A DNA stretch of 38,170 bases, from positions 46,928 through 85,097 of the forward strand of contig NW_003314433.1 in the NCBI RefSeq assembly GCF_000143415.4, written 5' to 3'. Source of the DNA: Selaginella moellendorffii (Eukaryota; Plantae; Lycopodiophyta). Of this stretch, positions 11,668 through 22,199 are shown in pieces. Position 1 is the first letter of the stretch; each line of letters starts with the position of its first letter. The translations under genes and the position numbers were made by a program. Below the pieces are notes generated by a model, which was given only the letters and a program-made list of their open reading frames with translations, was not told where the DNA came from and did not search any database.

Positions 11668-13987
11668 TGAGAGTTTCATCGACTAAAAAATTATGGTGAG
11701 TTTTATGTAAAGCTAAGCTCCATTGGCAGGAAAGGTGGAGTGCAGCGATTTGACGGTACGAATCGAAAATGGCGTCTCGTCACTCATTTTGTCTGTCGCT
11801 TATTTTGTTTTGCAGGCGATAGGAAAAATAGGCGAAAAATCGTACCTTTCGCTGGAAAGAACAAACAGAGACCTGGGAGCAAGAAGAACTCGGCAATATC
11901 CAGAGGACAAGACGAAGATAAGCTTGCATTTTTACGCTGTTTCGTATCACTGGCGATTGTAAGTTGATTTTAAGTTCGCTGGAGTCAGTGGACTGTTTGT
12001 TTTCTTGATCCCAGGTTGGCAATTCGAGAGTGTCGTGGTTGCCTAGACGAGGCTCAACACAAACGATGATACAGGAGAAGACTACAAAGAACCGGAAAGT
12101 TAAGCTTACAAGATCTTTTCTAGCAACTCTAAAGCCCGGAATGGGATCCTCCACTCTCGCGAAACACGAGCGACGGGAAGACCGCGGCAACGGAGCCCAA
12201 GAACACGCCCATGCCGATCCCAATCTTCCACCGGCTGCTCATCGAGGACGGTGCTGGGATCGACAATGGGAGTTTTGGGGAATGGAGCGGAGCTCGGTGG
12301 CGATGGCGGAGAGGTCGCTGCCGCTGGCACAGTGACTTCGTAAGAATCTGGAGCTGCAGCTGGAGCTTAGGAGCTGGGTCTGGAGCTCGAGATGTTGTTA
12401 CCTGGAGGGAATTGAAGGCTACCACCCGCTGTGGATCATCCTCTTGTCCCTTGCTCGAGGGCTGTTTCTCTCGAATCTCGATCCAGAGAAAGATTTTCAG
12501 TGTTTGGTCGATCAAATCGGTTCCCGTAATTGTGGTCGCTGCCGTTATGATTTTCAAATGGAAAAGAATACGCCCTTAAGAATTTCCTAAGGGGAATTTG
12601 GAAATGGATCATTCTGATGGTAAATATCATTCATTTAAAGTTGACTGTAAGGAACTGCTTCTTTTAGCCCATCCTTAGAATTGCACAGGATCAACGTGAT
12701 GGTTTGTTGTTATCTGAGAATTATTTGCCTTGCTTGTGGTGATCCATAGCTCCACCTTCTCATCTATAGGTATACATATTTACTGCCTCTGAGATCTCAT
12801 CTTGTCGTGCAAGCATTTGGACTGTTGATCTGATTGCTTATGCTTGGGGAGGTTGCCCAGATTCTGGTGCTGCACTGTTGGGCTGCCCCACCACCTTGTT
12901 AGCCATAACTGTTGTGATTTGAGTGATTGATTGTGATCAATTGAATGGGAGTAAGTTATGAGGTGCGTGGCAATGGACCATTTGAGATCGCAGTCAAGCT
13001 GATGTTGGTGAGATGTTCTTGATTTGCCTAGAAATATAGCTAGTTTGCTTATGGCAATACATTAATAGAATGTGTGATAATGCAAAAAGCTAAAAACCAT
13101 TAAAGAACAAATTAACTATCATCAAAGATTATCAATCATCTATTTAATAAAGGTGCATAATCACTATTATAGAATAATTTACCATCCCAAAGATCAATTA
13201 TTACCAATAATTACTATATATAAATACTACCTTTAACATTAGAACTAAAGAGATAAAATGCCTTTCCTGACAACTCCTAGCAAATGGAATAATGAACATA
13301 AGAACTTAAGACTAAAAACTTGAAGAAGTCTATAAGTAAATCATGATCATAAATCTTGTATTAATTAGCTTCAGTGCTAAAGAATAATTTATGGTATAAC
13401 CCACAATATCTTCCTTGACACATTTATAAGCCAAACTTTATAATGCAAAAGCTAATGAAAAATATATTTACATCAATTTAAAAGCCAAGACACAACTATA
13501 CTCAACAAATGATCACTAAATTAATTTTTCATGAATACATTTATCTATAGCAAGACTTAACTCACTCTATAATATGAATCATCAATAATCAATATAATCC
13601 CAACTCAATCCAATGAAGATTTAATAACTTCAATTGATTATTAAATTTTTATTTTGTAAAGTTAGCATAACCTATCCTAATTCACTTTTTAAGGAAAAGC
13701 CAAAATTTAACCTCTATTAAACAATCTTGTTTAAAACAAGATTAACTCAATTTGTCACTCAGCATTTAAATACCAATTAGCAAATGCACAAATGTTAACA
13801 ACACAAAACTAAAGCCAAATTATCAAACTAATGAAACAAAATGTTAATTTTCAATGAACCCAACTTATCACTAATCATTTGAATAACCACAAATTAAAAT
13901 ATCTAACTTCCTTAGTATACTTATAGAGAAACATCTCATCTCACTTAGATCTTAATTTAATTAATCTTGATATTAACACATCACTGA

Positions 13988-14070
13988 TCAAGGGATGACC
14001 ACTTATGGATGGATAGCCTAGTCTTTGAGAGATGGGACGGTGATGCAGGTGGTCTTGGACTACTGATATG
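13988..14070 (+). repeat. Dispersed ~85 bp repeat, copy 1 (probable retroelement PPT/LTR-junction remnant)
   Basis: Aligns by eye with 16733-16815 (caa.ggatgaccact.atgg...agtcttt.a.aga.gggac..tgatg...tactgat). Confidence 0.6.
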
Positions 14071-15130
14071 CTCTCTAACAATTAAGCTAATTAAAATCAA
14101 AGATACTATATTTAGTATCTGAGATTAATCCTTTAATAATACTTAGTTATAGATAAGATATTATCAAGGAATGAATCACCATATTTAAAACTCAATACAA
14201 TCCAACACCATGTACTAAATGCTACCAGTCAATATTGATAGAGGTGGAATTGACATATCAATATGGAAAAATTATGCAAATCCAATGGCACAATCCTTCG
14301 CAACACCATCTAATATAGTAAGCCTATCACTGCTAAATTATCATCGAGTTAAGTAAAGTATTAATAGCCCTTGACCAGTCTACAAATAATCATCAATCAT
14401 GAGACAACCAACAATCATTTTTTGACTTGTCTTCATAAACCCAAAAATAAAACTCATATCATCAAGTCATATATTTCTTTAGTGAGAAGGTAAGGTAACA
14501 CTCTAAATACAATATATAGGAACATAAATAAAATGACTACTCAAATTTAATCAAATTGCAATAAGTTTGGTATTATATTTAATTAATAGCTTTGAGCACG
14601 ACTGTAGGGGCTAGCTATAAATGATTAATACTCAATTGAAATTGAAATGAAGACCATGAGATGGACTCATTTAGGTACACAACCTCCTATTAAAAAAAGC
14701 TAAGAAAAATAGAAATATCACTATTCTAGAAGTACAACAACAACTTTTCTACTCCAACTTCTATCCAACCCCAAAAGTTATGTATTATATAAACTACCTA
14801 CTAAGGTTTAATATAACCAAAGTCAATTTCAAACTTTCTCCTTTCTACAACTTTCTATAACTTTATATACATTCACCTCAACATAATTTCTTATGACCTT
14901 CTACCAACAATCTTATATCCAACACTATTAATCACCTTTAAAATCTAATGTAAAGTCAAAATACTAACAAGAAAAATGACATGGAAAATCACACTTTAAG
15001 GAAAAATTTTCATCATTCTAATATCACAATGCCACTTCTACTAACACAAGTGCTTTGCAGCATTATGCTTGGTGGTAGATTACTCTTTACATTTATTTAA
15101 ACTTTATCATTTTGACTTGGTTATAATGGC

Positions 15131-15425
15131 TATAATGCTTTATTTCGTTAAAGTGGAACTTATTCAGTAAAGTGGGACATTAATTAGCATGTGTCCACAT
15201 GCCATTTCCTAGTACTTAATTAATATTTATTAATATTTCTATCAGTTTTTTAATTTATTTTTTATATTTCACAATATTATAACACAAAATCATATGAAAA
15301 GTTTTTAATTTATAAATTATAAAGCTAAAACTTCAATTTTTTATTGTTGTTATAAAAATGGCATGTGGCCACACACCATAAGTGGGATAATGAAAAATTC
15401 CACTTTAACGAAATAAAGCATTATA
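15131..15425. mobile_element. MITE (~295 bp) with perfect 28-bp terminal inverted repeats, probable TA target site (Tc1/mariner-type)
   Basis: TATAATGCTTTATTTCGTTAAAGTGGAA (15131-15158) is the exact reverse complement of 15398-15425. A sub-terminal inverted motif (tgtgtccacatgccattt / aaatggcatgtggccaca) flanks an AT-rich core. Confidence 0.88.
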
Positions 15426-15756
15426 CACTTTAGCTAAAGATAGTGATGTTCAACTTAGTTGTTTGCAATTAAAGTGTTAATATATGTTCTATAGCAATGT
15501 GAATACCTCAATTACATACTTTTGTGAGACACAAATTCTTAAGCCCCAAAGTGGAGCCAAAAAGGTGCCATGTGGTAGTGGCCGAAGTGGAAGCTAAACG
15601 AGTGTAACACATTTGAACTAAAAACTTCAACTTGGATAGTCGAGAGTGGGAGTGAAACTCCCAAGGAAGTGCTTGAGGAACGAGCACGAAGCAAGCAGTA
15701 AGTGAATCTTTAGAAAAGGGACACAAGAGGACCAACACATAACACATGGAAATGTT

Positions 15757-16072
15757 GAGATAGAGTCCGAAATAGAGTCCGAGAAAGAGTCTAAAATAGA
15801 GTCTGAGAAAGAGTCCAAGATAGACCCGAGAAAGAGTTTGAGATGGGCCTGAGAAGGAGTTTGAGATGAACTGAAGATGGAGTCCAAAATGGAGTCTGAG
15901 ATGGACCTGAAATGGAATCCGAGATGGACCCAAGATGGAGTCCAAAATGGAGTTTAAGATGGAGTCGAGATGGAGTCTGAGGTCAAGACTGAGGCCAAGG
16001 CTGAAACCAAGATTGAGACCGAGGCTAAGACCAAGACCAATACTGAGACTGAGACCGAGTTTGAGTTTGAGG
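15757..16072. repeat. Degenerate 12-bp/6-bp tandem array (GAGTCCGAGA.. / GATGGAGTCC.. / GAGACTGAGACC)
   Basis: Visible periodicity; flanks (about 15440-16820) look like decayed retroelement sequence, but no domain is recognisable. Confidence 0.7.
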
Positions 16073-16732
16073 GTAAAAGCCTAAAGCGTTCGTCTCCTAG
16101 ACCTTAGGGGGTTTGGTGCGCTCCAAGAGTATAGTAGAGGGAAGACTCAAATAGAGCTAATTTGGCTAAGAAAGGCTAGTGTGACCAAGGAAAGTTATAC
16201 CCACGTGGTGGGTGATAATAAAACTATTGAGGAGTCCAAGGTTAAAGTAAATATTGATAGACAAATGGGGTAATTTGGTGAAGTGTTCAAGAACTGACTC
16301 TAGCTCCCTTGGGAAATCGAATGGTTGATGCTCCCAATCCAAGTGTGGGTGGCATTACTTATTTGGATACTTGGCATGGCTCATTAAAACCTCACTCTAG
16401 CCATATGGCTAGGGCACTTAAAGGCGGAAGGTGGGGACAGTACCCACAAAGCTCACATAGGGCCACGGTGTTTTGAAATATTGTCTCGAAGTCCCAAACT
16501 ATGGAAAGGAAAAGGAGCAGTCCTCTAGTGTAAGTGACCAAAAATACAGTTACATAGTGAGGAAGTCCCAGAGGATAGTGGGACTTAATAGTCGGGCCTT
16601 TGGCCATTGATCCAGTGGCAGTGTTGGTGAGCACGGCCGTGGATGAAGAGGAACTTGGTGGGGATGGAAAAAAGGATATTGGGGAAGGGTGTTCCCCATA
16701 TCTCTAGGCATCTTAAGGGTGATAAAGTGTGG

Positions 16733-16815
16733 TCAAAGGATGACCACTCATGGGCAGATGGCCCAGTCTTTAAAAGACGGGACTATGATGTAGATAGTTT
16801 TGTATTACTGATGTA
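16733..16815 (+). repeat. Dispersed ~85 bp repeat, copy 2
   Basis: Direct-orientation homologue of 13988-14070. Confidence 0.6.
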
Positions 16816-17289
16816 ATATGGGTGAATTAGCATAATATACTGATGTTGGTGGTACCTTTGGGTGTCAATCATGGGATTGAACACGTGGACCACTTGGACC
16901 AAGTGCAAAAGCTAAGTGGCATAGATGTTATTCATAGGGTTAACAAGTCCCAAGTCAAAAATAAGACTTATAGAGGTTGTGAACGAGACTCCTTCAAATG
17001 GTTAAAGGTGTGATTAAGTGATTAAAGTAGAATGGAAAATTTAGTTATTTATAACTTTCTCTATTTAACAATTTACTCTAAGTGTTAATGGATAACCAAC
17101 AAATTATAGCAAATAAACATTAAAACTTTTCCAATACCCAATGGGCAAATTCTCAAGGAACCAAGATACTAATACTATCTTAATATATAATGGATCATTT
17201 TGAACATTGAGTCAAAGATACCACACTATTATTATTTACAAGTAAACTAGCATCATTATCAACCACTTTGGGGCAAGGAATTGTCCTCC

Positions 17290-18035
17290 TAAAAAATAAT
17301 GACTATTTAGTCAAGGTTGATCTTGGTGATCTTTCCAGCTTGAAGTGTTGATTTCTCATGTTTGTCAAGAAAAATCTTCAAACTTATTGGTTTAAGATGA
17401 ACTTGGTAAAAGTTTAGAAGTTGGTCCCAAGACTTGCAACAATCTTAATTATCAAACTTTTACTTATGACATGAAATCAACAACTACATCTTTGGCCAAG
17501 GAAGCATATGTTGCACCCTTCAAAAAAACGTGAAGAGCATCACAATCAGAAATTATATATTTAACAAAAAGTAAAAGAGTGATTTTTCTTGAAGAGAAAG
17601 AAGAACAAACTTATTGCATCCCCACCTATATTGCATTAAATTTGTGAGCAAACTTTGATTAACACAAGTCAAAACACTATTCACTTAGTTGTAGGAGCAT
17701 ATTATACTATTCACTCGGGCAAGTTGGAAAAGTAAGTTGTAAGAGTTAATTAAGTTTTATTCACTCACCTGCGAAAAACTTACAAGTGAAAGCATTTTTC
17801 TCACTACATAGTGAAAAATAATAAAAAGAAGATGAAAGGAAGAGAGAGAAGTTCAGGACTATACCTTTTCATTGAAAGTAGAAGAATATAGAGTTAAATG
17901 AAGCCACAATGGGTATCAATAGTGGAAAGATTGTAACAGCTAGAGTAAGATTGCCAAATTAGACTCTTGGACTAAAAACTACACCATGGAAAGTTTATTG
18001 CCACCATTGATAGCTTGGAATTCCTAGTTGTGTGA
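17290..18035 (-). pseudogene. Heavily decayed GH3 beta-D-xylosidase (BXL-like) fragment
   Basis: Minus-strand translation gives QLGIPSYQWWQ*TFHGVVFSPRV*FGNLTLAVTIFPLLIPIVASFNS (cf. RLGIPxYxWWxEALHGV...ATSFP...AASFN), IISDCDAL (catalytic nucleophile motif) and FLDKHEKSTLQAGKIT; multiple stops. Confidence 0.75.
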
Positions 18036-18859
18036 GTAGTGATAATTTAAAAGTCACAAACCTCTAGATTTGAGTTATTATCTATCATTTATTCTTTAAT
18101 AGTAAAGATTAATGTCTTGGACTAAATTAATTTTGAGAAAATATAAGTTATCTTTATAAAAAAAATGGACTATTTGTCTTTTTTTTTCTAAATTCATTGT
18201 GTGTAAATAAAACTCCATATTATATGTTTTTCTGATAAAAATTATGAACATACCTCCATTAAGTTAGATAATTTTAGCCTTCCATCAGCTCTAAAATCAA
18301 TTTCAGTATTTCAGAAGAAATAATTTCTAATATAATTTATGTGTAACATGAGAATAACTATTAATATCTACATAAAGTTTTCCTTTAGAACTATGATACT
18401 ACCAAATTTGTTTTGTAAATTTCATATATAGTTTTAAGAGTGTGAATATTCACCATATTTATGTCATTTTATATGAGTTTGTTATAAATGTTTTGCTAAC
18501 ATTTTCAATTTTTGTTGTTAAAATAAATAAAGTTTAAGAGTATTTCCCTGGAGATTATATTTACTTCACAGTTTCAATTTGTAAGCTTAATATTTTTAAA
18601 ACACATTAATTTTAGTGATTGATGCTAATTTTGAATGTTTCTGTTGCAGGTTGTGGTTATCTTCAGCTTTAATTTCAAAAAGATAATACTATAATTAATA
18701 GTCTTATTTATGATAAGTATGCATTATTATAATATTATTTATCAAAATATTAATTAAAAATATCATTTTCACATCCTTTAACTAGCTTATTTCACTAGCG
18801 CCATGAAAATTAAACCACAGACCTCCATGCCATATTCACTGTTGGCCAAGATTTTGGAG

Positions 18860-19115
18860 ATGGTGGACAGCGATTACAACGATTTTGATGGTGGCGGAGA
18901 GGAGTCAGTTCTGCCCTTCCATCGTCTAATGCTGTGTATTGCGATTACGATGAGCCTGTGGAGCCCGAGGTAATATTGTTCTGCTCCATTTCAAGCAGCA
19001 ATTTTGTGCCTTGGATTGCTCTTCCAGGAAGAGGTTGAAGAGCAAGAAAACAATGAGGAAGCACTGGAATTTGACCAAGTATAAGAGAGCTCGCGTGCTT
19101 GGGACATGGGCTTCT
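18860..19115 (+). pseudogene. RPB6: RNA polymerase common subunit RPB6 5' fragment
   Basis: MVDSDYNDFDGG...DYDEPVEPE|EEVEEQE acidic N-terminus with intron remnants, then LTKYKRARVLGTWA (cf. MTKYERARILGTRA); frameshifted and truncated. Confidence 0.75.
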
Positions 19116-19729
19116 TGGTCTTGCTAGTGAGAACTCTTAAGTTCTTTTTCTTTCCTGATTGAACAACAACAGTATGAATGATGGTGGAACTGGAGGGTGA
19201 GACAGATCCATTCGAGCTATAGAAACTCTGAAAAGGAATTTGTGTGGAGCGACTCTTGAATGTTCTTTGCAGATTTCTATGTGAAGGGAAGATCCCTTTT
19301 ACGATTCGGCAGTATCTCCGAATGAGAGAGTGGTCCTCTTCGTGCGTTTCTAAGAGGTTACGAGATTGGGGAGGATTCTTGGAAGAGACAAGTTGAGAAA
19401 AATCTCAAAAGATTCGTGGGATACTATGCATATGCTTTTAGGGTTCTTTGTAGATTAAAAATTCGCTAGGGTTTTCTTTCATTTGTAATGGAGGGGGCGC
19501 GGATCATCTCTGATCTCGATGGAACAATGGTACGCATCGCAATGCCGCTCGTTTCTTCTTCAATGCGCTCTGGGCCGCAGATTATTTCCATGACTCACTT
19601 CTGGTGTTCTCAACTGGAAGATCGCTGACGAGGTATCGCCTGGTGAGGCGGGAGAGGCCGCTGCTCACGCCGGAGGTCACGATCTTGTCTGTGGGGACAG
19701 AGATTATGTATGGCGATGCCATGGTTGAT

Positions 19730-20422
19730 GGGTAGAATGCACAATACAGCACCCCCTTTAATTTAGGGTGGGCCCCATTTGCTTATTCAGATTTGCATGC
19801 CACCTCATTGTTTACATAGGCATGCCACCTCATTACTGAAAATTAAAGATTATCATTAATCAATGGCATCTTTCACATTCTCTCTCTTCTGAAAGAAGAC
19901 CAATTGTAATACAAAATGTAAAAGAATTTACCTTACTATTAGTTTTCTCAATAAAATTAGAAAAAGAAAGAATACTATCTTGAGCATGATTTACATATTC
20001 CAATCTAGCCATAATACTAAAGAGAATGAATAAAATAAGAAAGAAAATATAAAGACAATGAAGAAAAGCCTAAAGCTATATACATATAAATTATAGCCGT
20101 TCATTCATTGGCTAATTATAAAATTATAGTCGTTAACATATCTGTTAACAACACCTACTAATTAAAATTTAACATTACTAATTTAGAGTTAATCTTTAAA
20201 CATTTAAGGTGCACAGCTGGACATGATGAAGCGCNNNNNNNNNNNNNNNNNNNNNNNNNNNNNNNNNNNNNNNNNNNNNNNNNNNNNNNNNNNNNNNNNN
20301 NNNNNNNNNNNNNNNNNNNNNNNNNNNNNNNNNNCCGCGATTTCCAGCCCGAGCCTCGTCTGAGTGTGGCAAAAGGGCAGCCACATAAGAGAGGGGGGGT
20401 GCTGTATTGTGCATTTCTCCCC
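19730..20422. mobile_element. Mutator-like TIR element (spans an assembly gap)
   Basis: AATGCACAATACAGCACCCCC (19736-19756) is inverted at 20395-20415; termini begin GGG on both ends; AT-rich interior; no TSD seen. Confidence 0.65.
20235..20334. other. Assembly gap (100 N)
   Basis: Run of N. Confidence 1.
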
Positions 20423-21149
20423 AGCTCATGAGGGAAGGCAGAGCTCCTCAGAAAGTTCTTGTGATGCTGAGCTCTTTGCCGTCAAAGACGTTTTTGGAGT
20501 GATCGTAAGTTCTTGAAGTCGATTGATCACTCACTCACTCACGGACGATCTCAGGTTGGGAATGCGTTTGAAGATCTTACGCAGTGGTACCTTGATAATG
20601 CCAAAGACAATCCCAAGATCTTTCGTGGCACTGAAAGATGCGCTTCGGGAATCTTACAAGTTCAAGTTTAATCCTTGTGTTTCGCCCAGGGATGCCGGCC
20701 TACTGAGCCAGCTCAGTGCTGGAGGGTACGTGGCGCTACTGTGTGAGATGGTTATGAGGCGAGGTTGAAAGCTGCCACGGGGTGATTGAGCACTTGAAAA
20801 GGCCAATGGTAAGTTCCTCGTGTTTAGTAGTTTTGGATGCTTGAGCAACAAAATGGCTGGCAGGCCCCTGACTCAACGCTGGTCACTCTGACTAGAAGAC
20901 AATCTTCGTAGAAGCGTTGACATTCTATGTCCCGTCCACGGTATTCACAGATGTGGGTGGTTGTCAAGTTTGATAAGTGGCAGCGAACTGGTACGTTCCG
21001 TGTTTCAATATAAGGTGGCGTTCTTATGGTTGTTTTGGTGGAGTTATTCAGCTTTGCTTCTCTTACAGGATGGCATGTCTTATGCGAGACGAAACGTGGC
21101 TTGATGGTTATGCGGGAAGACCTTTGGTCCTAATGTAGGAGGCACAGCC

Positions 21150-22150
21150 AACGATTGGCGAAAAATAAGCAGGGACGAGTCACCAAATATATTCCAGGTT
21201 TGCTGAGATTGAAAATCGAGACAAATGCGCACTCAGTGATGGAGCCCGTAGTGCGACGATCCATGGTCGAGGTCGACTTACAACGCATTGAAAAGGAGCC
21301 AGTTCTACACTTAATGGAATGGCATGTGGATCCAAACGCACACGCGTGTACATTCCACCTATGATCGACATTTGCGACAAGACGAGGGTATGTTTACGCA
21401 TTTATACTCATTCATTCATGGTGTAGAACAGGGTGACATCAGGATCAAAAGCGAGAATAAGACACACTCAGGTCGGAACGACAGGGATCAAACTCTCAGT
21501 AGCAACGGAGAGGTTTGTATTCTGCGTCTCTCAACAAGCTTTCGAAAATGGAAGGAGAAGCTTTCACTCCAAAGGTTCAAGCTTTTGCCTCCTAAAGGAC
21601 ATACCAAATTATGGCGTGACATTAATAGTTCATGCGTTTCAGCAAAACCAAGAAGAGAAACACTGCTAACTTTGATGCGTAAGTTCTTTGAGGAAATTTC
21701 TTTCTTATTTAGTACTTGTTCCTTATTTCTTTCTCTGGCAGGACACTAGAGAAGTACAGAAGCAACTACACGCACAGCTGGAGGTAACGTTTTCTCTTTT
21801 TTCTTTCCGGTGTAAAACTCTGGGTCCTGTTCTTTTCTCCAGCTCCAAATCGAAGCACAAGCCAAGAACTTGAAAAACATGTTTCAGTTCCAGCAAAAGG
21901 TTGAGGTGAACCAGCAGTGCAAGAAGGAGCCAAAGGAGGCTGCTCCAGCAGCACTGCGGTCGACAGAAACCAAGGCTGCAGCTCAGACGCCAAAGTGCCT
22001 TGAACCGGCCTCCAAGAAATCCAAGATTTCAGAAGAGCAAAGGCAAAATTCTATCACCATTGATGATGGGACGCAGAGATTGTATACTAGTTGTTTCATT
22101 GGCATTGCCTCTAGAAAAGGAGAGCACTCACCATACCTCTGGGAATAATT
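21150..22150 (+). pseudogene. Unidentified intron-containing gene fragment
   Basis: Several short GT...AG intron-like segments and Lys/Glu/Gln-rich open stretches (e.g. 21870-22148); family not recognised. Confidence 0.3.
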
Positions 22151-22199
22151 GTAATCTATTCATTTAATTTTCAGCTAGAACTTTCAGAGATCACGGACC

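Larger units (their letters stand above)
19488..21135 (+). pseudogene. SPP: Sucrose-phosphate phosphatase (SPP) pseudogene split by a TIR element
   Basis: 5' part 19488-19730: [52 protein letters not shown]. 3' part 20425-21135: [14 protein letters not shown]|[53 protein letters not shown]. Small deletions and stops; the middle region is absent. Confidence 0.85.

Noticed and set aside
11780-12580. Minus-strand Pro-rich stretch plus TM-like segment (WKIGIGMGVFLGSVAAVF), possibly a receptor-like gene remnant
   Set aside because: The pieces are in different frames with no recognisable domain; insufficient for a call.
15508-15945. 145-aa and 86-aa minus-strand ORFs
   Set aside because: Open only because of the 12-bp tandem array; no domain motifs.
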